Assembly (NCBI RefSeq): GCF_006345805.1
Contig: NC_043010.1
Location: 20,026,001-20,090,000, forward strand
Origin: Octopus sinensis
Taxonomy: Eukaryota
DNA: 64,000 bases
Direction of reading: 5' to 3'
In this document: piece by piece, positions 25,000 through 35,636 of the stretch
Position numbering within the stretch: position 1 is the stretch's first letter
Layout of the letters: each line of letters starts with the position of its first letter
The notes under the pieces: model-generated
The model's input: the letters and a program-made list of their open reading frames with translations, nothing else
Told to the model about the DNA's origin: nothing
Databases searched by the model: none
Made by a program: the position numbers and the translations under genes

Positions 25000-26525
25000 T
25001 TCCGAATCTGCAAAAAAATCTGCATTTCACAATTCAAATCACTCCTTCACCCCCCCCCCTCTCCCTAAATTTCTTAAATTTTCACTTAAAAAAAAAATTT
25101 TTTTGGCGAAATACGTAGAAAAATACGGATCTTTTCTTTTTGATGGACGGAATTTTCTAGTTATCTAAAAAATTTGAAACTTCGTATACTTGTAGAATGT
25201 GTCAAAAGAAAACATTATTGTAAACAAAATTGTAATTTGTAACTTTAACGTAGTTTAATACACACGTGCACTTGCACACACACACTCTCTCTGTTACTCT
25301 CTCTCTCAAACACATGCATATACATTTGCACATGCACATAGTAATTAATATATAAGCGTACACACACATACGCACACAAGCATACATACATGTTCGTGAG
25401 TTGCCCCTTGCCGCAACATATTTACACAAAAGGTAAATAAACCAGAAGTGGGGGGGGAGGGTCAATGTTTCAACGTTTCGGGGTCGATAAATAAAGTACC
25501 AATTACGCACTGGTGTCGAGGATTTTTTTCCCAATTTATATCACAGCTTTCGACAAGCTGGGGCATTCTGTTATGAAAAAATATTTCGCAAATTTTTACA
25601 ATATGACTCACACTCCACGCGCAAACTCTAGACCGCTTTAGGCATATTATTGTTTTATTTTTGTTGTTTCTGGTCCTTCAAAACCATGGGAGAAGCCTTT
25701 TCGGTAAAAACAATTAAAGAAAATATTCAAAAAATATCGTTAATATTTTTATTGGGCGACGAAATTCATCGATTTAAGAGATATAGCTGTTATTTCTAGC
25801 AGAAGACAGAAGCGAGAAGGATGAATAAGACGTGTGTGTGTGTGTGAGTTTTTAGACGCAGCAAATGATTTGAGCTCGAATGCTAGGATTTCATTGGTTA
25901 AAATTCGAAGAATTAAACTACGTTAAAGTTACAAATTACAATTTTGTTTACAATAATGTTTTCTTTTGACACATTCTACAAGTATACGAAGTTTCAAATT
26001 GTTTAGTCAACTAGAAAATTCCGTCCATCAAAAAGAAAAGATCCCAAAAAAATACGGAGATTATGATTCTGAAAAACAAAATTTTTGTAAAATTTCAATT
26101 TTTCAAAACCAATAAATAAATAACCCCCGTCCTCTCCGTCCTATGACAAGAAGTGAAATTAAAGTGTTTTCTCAACTAATGTTTCATGACGAGCATAACC
26201 CAACATGTGGTCAGAGAGAGCTATGCAAACATTAAATTTTTTGCTCACACACACACACACACACACACACAACAAAATGACATAAAAAAAATTTTTTTCT
26301 CTTTTGGTAATTCGTATTTAGAAAGTTGACGGGGTTGTTTATTTATTTATTTATTTTTTGAAAAATTGAATTTTACAAATTATTTTAAAATTCAGAATCA
26401 TAATCTCCGTATTTTTCTATGTATCTCACCTAAAATATTTTTTTCAAAAAAGTGAAAATTTAAGAAATTGAGGGAGTGGGTGTGTGTTTAAATTTTGAAA
26501 TGCAGATTTTTTTGCAGATTCGGAA
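25000..26525. repeat. Nested inverted-repeat (fold-back) element in NAGK intron 1
   Basis: 25000-25128 vs 26405-26525; 25127-25259 vs 25912-26044; 26047-26130 vs 26328-26412. Confidence 0.7.
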
Positions 26526-27416
26526 AAAAATCCCAAAAGGGATCTTTACCCCAGCTGATTTTGGTATACCTGTACAAGTGTCTCAGCCTCACTGACTTTG
26601 TTTCATAACTTTCAGAAAACTGGGTATTTAAAAATTTTTTAATGAAATTTCGTATAAATAAACAAAATAGCAAGTTATAAACTCCCAAGAAAAGATGGAG
26701 TTGTGACATATACTAAATAGTAAAGCCAGTCACCACATCAAAGTGTCTGTTGAATGTTACTACTTGTTTAACCCCAGGCAGACTCTCCGCCTGCTGGTTA
26801 TCGGTGTAACACTCTGCAACCTTTATACACCATAAATTGTCAGCAGGGGGAGCGAACCCCTACTAATCTCTTTGGCATGAATTTCGATTATATCAGAATT
26901 TAATGTAAAATTGTCAGGGACTCCTTCCCTCATTCTGGATGCTGCAATAAATGGGAGGGTCACTGTTTCTGTAGCCGAATGGAACAAAATTTTTAAGTAT
27001 CAGAACTTGTCTGTGAACCATTTCTTCCAAGGCTGCTCATCTTGTTATGAATAGGAACCAAAAGCTAAGGCAGATGAGTTGCAAGTGTTGTATGAACATC
27101 TCTGAAAATGAAGTTGGTTCTTATGGAAGCAGAAGAGGCTGTCAAAGAAGGAAAATGCCACACTGTGAGTAGTTCTCCAATGACCGTTTTAAAGACAGAA
27201 AACTAACCAAATTTTTAGAGTGATAGAATATGGAACTGTATCATCTATGGTGTGTTGTCATCGAAAGTTATTATCCAAATAGATAGATGACTTTAGAGAT
27301 AACAACTTGCATAATTGCAGCCGCCAAAGGTTTGTAAATCCTTCGATTTGCTCCGCTTCCTGAATAAATATCATAGAATCTGGTTTAGGTTATGCTTCCT
27401 TTGTTCTATTCTGCAG

Positions 27417-27501
27417 TGGTGCAACACAATCAAAGGCCATATTACTTGATGCCAATGGAAAAATTCTAGCAGAAGCAGATGGACCAGGCACCAATCAATA
27501 T
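27417..27501 (+). CDS. NAGK: NAGK exon 2
   Basis: tgcag/GTATGT; GATQSKAILLDANGKILAEADGPGTNQY (human ...GKILAEADGLSTNHW). Confidence 0.95.
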
Positions 27502-28170
27502 GTATGTAGACTTTCCAATTATTTTATTGTTATATTTATATAATAATAATAATGAAATTATTGTATACAGTACTCAGGTGCACCACAACTTGTCAAAAGT
27601 GTGTATAAAGCATACGCAGTAATGTACAAATGTCTGGGAAGTGAACAGTGTATGAGTCAGACACATGCTTGCGTGTGTATGGAGGGGAGAAAATCAGGTG
27701 TAGTGTTGACGAATCTCAGGAAGCATGGAAGTTTTGAAGGATGCAGTGCTCGGACAACTAACAAAGAAAAAAAATGTATAAGACTATTTCAGAAATAGTA
27801 TAAATGTGTGTTTCTTCATAGACTAAATACTAAAGACTAACTTTTGAATCCTCGTTTTGAGAGATGTTACATGTTTCCTTCACTGTTGGAAACTGACACA
27901 TATTAACATTGATAAAAATAGTAACAACTCTTTCTAACTTTGGCACAAGGCCAGCAACTGGGGAGAGATCAACCCCAGTGTTTAACTGGTACTTATTTTA
28001 TTGATGCTGGAAAGATTAATACCAAAGTCGACTCTGGCAGAACTTAGGAAAACAGACAGAAACAAAAGGAAACATTGGAATTATTTTCAATGAAATTTCA
28101 ATTGAAATAATTGTTTGTGATGTAGACAGAAGGCCTAAATACCTTAATCTAAATAGCAAAAAATAAATTT

Positions 28171-28429
28171 TGTTGTGTCTGGGGAGAGTAATTTTCTTTT
28201 TTGCCTTATAATGTAACACACTCACCGGTAAAATTTCCACTTTTTTTTCTTATTTTTATTTTCCTAAAATTTTCATTGTGTCTTGCAACCTTTTCAATAG
28301 TGGAAATTTTACTGGTGAGTGTGTTACATTATAAGGCACAAAAAGAAAATAACTGTCCCCAGACACAACAGAATATGCTTTAACACACGAAATCATATAA
28401 AAAATCTTGCAAACCAAATCCAAAAACGA
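28171..28429 (-). mobile_element. Family 4 fold-back element carrying the U3-A8 hammerhead
   Basis: Inverted arms around the ribozyme core; flanking direct repeat AAAAAATAAATTT; second copy at about 34370-34620 (+). Confidence 0.65.
28264..28300 (-). ncRNA. Minimal hammerhead-like fold, family 4 (U3-A8 variant)
   Basis: cua-UUGAAAA-G-GUUGCaagacACAAU-GAAA-AU-UU-uag; one stem II mismatch. Confidence 0.55.
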
Positions 28430-28485
28430 AAAAAATAAATTTAAATTCTTATTTGTACTACTATTTGTCATCTTTCATTGAACAG

Positions 28486-28584
28486 CTGATTGGACTTGAT
28501 GAATGTCTCAAGCGAGTTGAATGTATGATTTCTGAGTTGAAGGAGAAAGCTGGTTTAAAACCGGATTTGAAACTAAAGTCACTG
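28486..28584 (+). CDS. NAGK: NAGK exon 3
   Basis: aacag/GTAAGT; LIGLDECLKRVECMISELKEKAGLKPDLKLKSL. Confidence 0.93.
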
Positions 28585-29221
28585 GTAAGTTCTTATAGCT
28601 TGTATTTCCTTTTCTACGATGCCATACATGTCTGGATAAAAGCATTGTTTTTATTAAAAATGTATTGTTGTTTGTTGTCATCGTCTTTTTAACATCTGTC
28701 TTCCCTGCTGGCAAGCCAAATGCTGGTTAAATGGTTTGACCAGATCTGACAGATCAGAGAACTGTCTACTTTGACATGGTTTCTACAGCCTGATGCCCTT
28801 CCCCTGCCAACCACTTTACAGAGTGTGTCTCTATAGATTTTCTATAGAATTCATAGCCAGTACTGAGAGTTACAATGTTTTGTATATGAATGTGACCAAA
28901 GACAGTAAAATAGGTAATGGGTTGTATATGCACATTTCAGGAGTTCTTGCTCCTTCTTCAGAACCACATCCAATCCATTAAACATCCACAAGCACATTGA
29001 TTAAACAACCACCAAGTTTAGCTTTGTAATACTTTTGGATAGACCAATTTGTTTCCTGACAACTGGTATGTACATAGCAATAGATGGTGGGGACATTGTA
29101 TTTTTATTTTGCAACCATGATATACTAAATTCTATAGAATTAATCTGTAGAGATACACTTAAAAATGAAAACAATGCACTGCCAACAAAGTAGGATATAG
29201 TATTGACATATAAACCCTTAA

Positions 29222-29442
29222 CCCCTTTGATACTAACCCGGCTGAAACCAGCTCTGGCTCTGAGTACAAATGTCTTGTTTTCATAAATTCTGAATTAAAA
29301 TCTTCCACCAAATCTTAGTCACAATTTATGTTCATAACACTAGCTTGAAGAAAACTAAGTTATTTTACTAAATTCTTTGTTATATTTAAAATTAATTGAA
29401 AGAAACACAGAGCATCTCAACAGAAATACAGTAATGAAAGGG
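29222..29442 (+). mobile_element. piggyBac-like MITE with TTAA TSD
   Basis: TTAA|CCCCTTTGATAC...GTAATGAAAGGG|TTAA. Confidence 0.8.
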
Positions 29443-29753
29443 TTAAGGTAGCTGTTAGTATATTGTGGTTATAAAATGAAATATAGTGTCCCCACCAGCA
29501 ATTAATAAACTTTACAGAGTATACTGGGGTCTTTTTTTGTGTCATCAGTACCAGTGAGATTGTTATGCAGCTCACAATACTAAGATTTCCTTTGCGTGGA
29601 ACAACAGTGGAAAAAGGGCAGCTTTGTGCTTGGTGATGAGAGGCTGGAGTACGAAGGAAGAAGCCTGAACAGGTTTCTTGCAGTAAAAGAGATACATGGC
29701 TGCTCACATTACACAAGAGTGAATGGGAGTAATTGACATAAAGATGGAAGTGA

Positions 29754-29788
<35 letters not shown>

Positions 29789-29820
29789 GTGATATTATTA
29801 TTATTATTATTATTATTATT

Positions 29821-30413
29821 AGAGGTAGACCCAGGAAGACATGGGACAAGGTGGTCAAGCATGACCTTCATACGTTGAGCCTCACAGAGGCTATGATGAA
29901 AGACCGAGACCTCTAGAGATATGCTGTGACTTCGAAGACCCAACAAATGAAGTGAATCCATGGCTCACAGGTCGGCCTGCTGTGCAAACCTTGGATCGTA
30001 GAGTGACCCACTGTTCTTGAGGAGACCTATTGAGTCAAGTACATTAACACCAACATCAAAATGAAAATCAAATGGAAATTGTAGTTAAGATACCTGTGCT
30101 GGTGACACATTAAAAGCACCGTTTGAACGTGACAGCTGCCAGCGCCACCTTGACTGGCATCCGTGTCGGTGACATGTAAAAGCACCAACCGATCATGGCC
30201 ATTTGCCAGCCTCATCTGGCCTCTGTGCCGGTGACGTGTAAAAAGCATCCACTACACTCTCAGAGTGGTTGGCGTTAGGAAGGGCATCCAGCAGTAGAAA
30301 CTCTGCCAGATCAAAATTGAAGCCTGGTGCAGCCATCTGGTTGCCAGCCCTCAGTCAAAATCGTTCAACCCATGCTAGCATGGAAAACGGACGTTAAACG
30401 ATGATGATGATGA
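29821..30413 (+). mobile_element. RTE LINE 3' end: ORF2 terminus plus 3'UTR and (GAT)n tail
   Basis: RGRPRKTWDKVVKHDL continues into the window's most common repeat ending gttaaacgatgatgatg; 5'-truncated copies at about 3555-3775, 4865-5163, 7385-7805, 15003-15360, 19665-19930, 36290-36728, 37120-37445, 37745-38050, 38881-39275, 45740-46040, 46180-46372. Confidence 0.8.
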
Positions 30414-31282
30414 ATAAGCACCAGGCTTAAACCAAAAAGTACTGGTGTTGATTTATTTGACTCAGAATTCTTTGATAAGGCCACAGTCTATTGAGTGAAA
30501 CAAGATAAAAACAGATAAAATCAACTTACCTTGATGAGTCTTTCAATAAATTCTCTGTTTTCTACTGATGCCTTGATGCTGTCTGCTAGTTTGACCTTTT
30601 CAAACAAATTTTTAAGATTCTGGAGCCTGGTGCAACCTCCTGGCTTCCCAGACCCCAGTTGAACCGTCCAACCCATGCTAGCATGGAAAACGGACGTTAT
30701 ACGATGATGATGATGATGATTCGACTTTGCTTTTCATCCTTTTAGGATTGATAAAATAAGTACCAGTTGAACACTGGGGTCGATATAATCGACTTAGCTC
30801 CTCCCACAAACTTGCTGGCCCTGTGCCAAAATTTGAAACCATCGGCATTATCATCATCATCATCATCATCATCATAATCGTCACCACCATCATCCTCATT
30901 GTTACTATTCAGTCTATTCGATATAGCAGACAAGGTAAGAGAATTAATTAGCTTTAGCATGAAGAAATGCTCATCAATGCTTTCTGAAAGTATTCCTCTT
31001 AACAGCTTCCATACTAATGGTAAGCATGAATGGTTGGTCTGTAATTGCTACCTGTATTACCTTTGCTTTTATCTTTATTATCATTAAGGTGGCGAGCTGG
31101 CAGAACCAGGTAAAATGCTTAGGAACCATTTCATCCCTCTTCATGTTCAGTGTTGAAATTCTGTTGAGGTCAACATTGCTTTTCATTATTTCAGGGTTGA
31201 TAAAATAAAGCACCAGTTGTGTACTGAGGTCAATGTAATTGACTTACCCACTTCCCTGAAATTGTGGCGAAATTTGAAACCA

Positions 31283-31685
31283 TTATTATTATTATTCCTT
31301 CTTTCTTCAAATTTTCTTCCGTTTCTCGCCGAGTGTTTTCCGTACACCTAGGGCAGAGAAGCTCATTGTATGCATTCCCAGATTACACACACAAATTCAC
31401 AGGTAAAATATGTATTTAAAAAATTAATAAATAAATAAATTCATGGATGGATGTTGTTTTCACAGCGATAATGCTCTTCTCAGTACATGAGTCGTTCCAG
31501 TTAACACAATTTTTTGCACTTCCTGTAGGGATGGTAAGTCTGGTATCATTTTCAATCACTGGTACTGTAGTCGCCTTGACATGCCACATTTTTTTCAATT
31601 TCTATTAGCAAGTCTTTATATTTACTGATCTTGTCAAATTCTTTCGCTGCTATATTGTGATCGCAAGGAATACTCATATCAATTT
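31283..31685 (-). mobile_element. RLE-type non-LTR 3' end
   Basis: IDMSIPCDHNIAAKEFDKISKYKDLLIEI...MWHVKATTVPVI...LQEVQKIVLTGTTHVLRRALSL*, (TAA)n tail. Confidence 0.7.
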
Positions 31686-31884
31686 ATCATCATCATCATT
31701 ATTTTCTGTTTACTTTAAATTAGATTCCTGATAAACTCATGTTTATCTTTGTCATTATCTGTAACCTATGAGCTTAATATGCTTGCATATGTATGTCCAG
31801 GGTTAACATAGGTAATTATACTGGCAGTATAATGGATATTTTTATCCCTTAGATGGTTATTCCAACCTTTAACTCTACTAACAA

Positions 31885-31936
<52 letters not shown>

Positions 31937-31960
31937 GTTGTTGTTATTGTTGTTGTTATT
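31885..31960 (+). repeat. (TAT)n/(TGT)n microsatellite abutting the NAGK exon 4 acceptor
   Basis: 76 nt of TAT/TGT units ending 8 nt before the exon. Confidence 0.95.
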
Positions 31961-31968
31961 CAATAAAG

Positions 31969-32110
31969 GGTCTGTCACTTAGTGGAGGAGACGAACTAGA
32001 AATTCAACAAGAACTTAAAAGTAGATTCACGAAGAATTACAGTCATTTATCAGAAGGACTATATTGTTGCAGTGACACAGAATGTGCATTTTATACCGTT
32101 TCAGACAAAG
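31969..32110 (+). CDS. NAGK: NAGK exon 4
   Basis: taaag/GTGAAG; GLSLSGGDELEIQQ...CCSDTECAFYTVSDK; GLSLSGGD is identical to human and the Asp equivalent to human D107 is retained. Confidence 0.92.
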
Positions 32111-33848
32111 GTGAAGTAACAAACTCAGAAAACCTTTTGCATTGATTTTACTTTAATATTGATTTCTAATATTATTACGGAGATGTACTTGCATAGCAAG
32201 TGACCTGATCTGAGATTGTGTGCTGGAACAAAAACAGTTGCAGTGTGGAAGGTGTTTATAAGCCATTTAAAAATACACAAAAACAGTTAGATTCACTTCA
32301 ACATTTAAATTTAATTTGCCAAAATATTTTCGTCACTTTGAGACCGCGACCTGTTTAGTTTTATGGCATATCGTCAGACCCCAAAACCTGTTGGCCTAAA
32401 ACCTCTTCAAAATATAGAGGGGAAAAGCTGCACTACAAAGGTAAACAATAGGGGGATTATCTCCCTTTGGCATTGGCTATCGGTTTCCAGCTGTGCTGCC
32501 ATCTTGCGGTCTCCAAAAAGCAACAGCAGCAGCCCTAGCAGAAACGCCAACATAACCATGGCCAATGACACCTCTAACGGCAATGGCAGCTCCTCCGCCA
32601 CTCGCGAAGACTGCAATAATAATAGTAATAACAACAACAACGCCTTCTCCATAACCGGCACTGGCAATGGCAATACTGACACCACCACCATCTCCACTAT
32701 CGCCAACACCAGCAGTCCCGGCTCCAACAACAGCAACAGTGGAGGTGCAATAGCCCAGTGGTTAGGGTAGCGGACTCGCAGTCGTAAGAATGCTGTTTTG
32801 ACTCCCAGACCGGGCATTATGAGTGTTTATTGAGCAAAAACACCTAAGCTCCACAAGGCTCTGGCGCGGGTGGGGGGAGTTATTGAACCCTGCTGTACTC
32901 TTTCACCACAACCCACAACTTTCTCTCACTCTTACTTCCTACTTCTGCCACAAAGCAGAGGAACCAGGGTGTAACCCATTATGGTGTGGTAAACTTTCAG
33001 ACCCTAAGTCTAGATTGCAAATCCTCTGTACCCCAGGGTTGTTCAGCTCTCCACCCATTAAAAGCCACCGTTTACTGAATGAGGATAATAACATAGCTTT
33101 TGTGCCCGTGCAGCCGCCAGTCTATTGCGTGTGGTGGGTGGATCTTCAAGTTGCCACACGCATTCTTAGCAGCTTTGTGTAGGCTGGAATTAGAGATTAT
33201 TCTTTGTGGCTAATGGCGTGAGTCCTGATTGGAAGAAGAAGAAGACAACAGCAACATCGACAACAGTAGCAGCAACAACGGTAACAACATCAACAGGTAC
33301 AGCACCAGCAACAAGTGCAGAGGCAATAACATTACCGCTGCTACCACCACCTTCAGCAACACCAGCATGAACAGCAAGAACAGCAACAGCACTCTAGGCA
33401 ACAGCTGCAGCATTGACAACATCTGCCCACGGAAATACATTGGATGTTCTGGGAATTCTCTCAAGCAAAGCACTGAGATGCAGCCTGGAACTTTGTCTTT
33501 GAACAAGTCTCAAAGCAACGAGAATATTTTGGCAAATTAAATTTTAATGTTGAAGTGAATCTAACGGTTTTTGTGTGTTATAAACACCTTCCAAGCTGCA
33601 ATTAATTTCTAATATTGATTTTAAGATTGGCTTCTAATGTTGATGCAAGACGAATGGTTGCACACCACATCCAATGCTTCTTATGTCCAACTTTTCTCTC
33701 AGAGTGCTTACACTCTGTCGTGCATGCACACTGACATTACACATCCAGTGGAGCATACCAGCTTCATTTCTTTCAAGCCTATACATGTCCTCAGAAGTTA
33801 CGGTCCATGTTTCACTGCCATGTAGCATGGCTGTTCACACTCAGGTTA

Positions 33849-34232
33849 GGTGCAGGCTTGGCTGTGTGGTAAGAAGCATGCTTCCCAACCACATGGTTCT
33901 GAGTTCAGTCCCACTGCATGGCACCTTCTACTATAGCCTCAGGCCAACCACAGCCTCGTGTGTGGATTTGGTAGATGGAAACTGAAAGAAGCCCATCATA
34001 TATATATATATGTTTATGTGTATGTGTATCTGTGTTTGTCACTCCACCATCGCTTGACAACTGATGTTGGTGTGTTTACATCCCCAAAACTTAATGTTTC
34101 GGCAAAAGAGACTGATAGAATAAGTACTAGGCTGACAAAGAATAAGTCCTGGGGGTTCAATTTCTTTGACTAAATGTGGTGCTCCAGCATGGCTACAGTA
34201 AAATGACTGAAACAAGTAAAAGGATAAAAGAA
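33849..34232 (+). mobile_element. tRNA-like SINE (family C, ggctgtgtggtaag head; ccagcatggcc...actgaaac tail)
   Basis: Full or partial copies at about 5905-6140, 6620-6785, 17757-18124, 19300-19660, 38063-38487, 40680-41135, 47740-47870, 62600-62975. Confidence 0.8.
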
Positions 34233-34252
34233 TATCCCTTTAGAGTTTAAAC

Positions 34253-34847
34253 CAGGGCCACATGAGGACCACATGAGGCCCGAGGGCCACATGAAGCCTG
34301 CAGATTTTTATTTTGCAGCCCGCTTGATACTTTCTTGAAATGGGTTTATTTAAAGTAACATTTTAAAATTTCGTTTTTGGATTCTGTTTGCAAGATTCTT
34401 TATGTGAGTTCGTGTGTTGAAACATATTCTGTTGTGTCTGGGGAGAGTCATTTTCTTTTTGTGCCTTATAATTTAACACACTCACCGGTAAAAACTATTG
34501 AAAAGGTTGCAAGATGCAATGAAAATTTTAGAGAAATAAAGAAGGAAATAAGCGGAAATTTTACTGGTGGGTGTGTTAAATTATAAAGCACTAAAAGAGA
34601 ATGACTCTCCCCAGACACATTAAAAAAAATTTATGAGAAATTAAAGATTGTACTGAAAATACAAAAGAAAGATACTGCTGTTTTTGCACTGATAATATTT
34701 CATGTTGAATCAACGATCATTCATTCATTATTGTAATAACAGCCTGAGAAAGCAAAATGCTTTCAGTTCTGTCATTATACAAGTGGCCCTCAAAAAACTC
34801 TCTGTGATTAAAGTGGCCCGCAATGCAATTCAAGTTGGCCTGGCCTG
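34253..34847. mobile_element. hAT (Charlie/Buster-like) MITE with 8-bp TSD
   Basis: GTTTAAAC|CAGG...CCTG|GTTTAAAC; ggcccg/ggccac subterminal motifs; contains a nested family 4 element. Confidence 0.8.
34495..34531 (+). ncRNA. Minimal hammerhead-like fold, family 4 (U3-A8 variant)
   Basis: cua-UUGAAAA-G-GUUGCaagauGCAAU-GAAA-AU-UU-uag; palindrome AAUU. Confidence 0.6.
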
Positions 34848-35157
34848 GTTTAAACCAACTAAATCTAGGGTCCAAATATTCTTCCTGTTTTATGTTCAAG
34901 TTGGCCAGATCTGGTATCTCACACCTCCCCCACAATGTTATCCTAAAAATAAACAATCACATCATTGAAATCTGAAAGCTATAAGATACTGCATGATAAA
35001 CTAAAAAAAATATGAATAAACCAGCTTTATATTGGACAGGGTAATCTTAATTCTGAAGAATTAAAGTTGTTGATTTAAAGGAAAACCATTGTTGAAGTTT
35101 TTTTTTCTGTTACTTAAAATGATTTTTTATGTAAATAATATGATTTTGAATTTCTAG

Positions 35158-35268
35158 GTGGAGTTATCTTGATTGCTGGAACTGGTTCAAACTGCCAACT
35201 TATCAATTCCGATGGCTCACAACATCGTTGTGGAGGATGGGGTCATTTGATTGGAGATGAAGGATCAG
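35158..35268 (+). CDS. NAGK: NAGK exon 5
   Basis: tctag/GTAAAG; [36 protein letters not shown]. Confidence 0.97.
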
Positions 35269-35523
35269 GTAAAGATGACCTCATTAAATTATTGAAACAA
35301 ATCCCGTTTTCTGACTGAAAGATGCAAAATTTTAATTTTAATGTGTTGGCCTTTTTTGTTTTCATACACAAAGGGGCGTAACTCAATGAACTGATTTTTA
35401 TATGAACATATGCAAACACACACACACGCGCGCACACACACACACGCACACACACACTTGTTCAAACACTAGCAAAAGATAAATTTAGTCAAATCAATAG
35501 TCCTTTTCTTCTTATTTATTCAG

Positions 35524-35636
35524 CTTACTGGATATCGTTGTTAGCAATAAAAACCATTTATGATCATGAGGATAACTTTGTTCTTTGTCCCTATGACATT
35601 TCGTACACCAAGGAGGCCATATTTCGCCATTTCAAG
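35524..35636 (+). CDS. NAGK: NAGK exon 6
   Basis: ttcag/GTAAGT; (A)YWISLLAIKTIYDHEDNFVLCPYDISYTKEAIFRHFK. Confidence 0.95.

Noticed and set aside
32363-33540. Asn/Ser-rich ORFs on both strands
   Set aside because: Low-complexity AAC/AGC sequence inside NAGK intron 4; NAGK is complete without them
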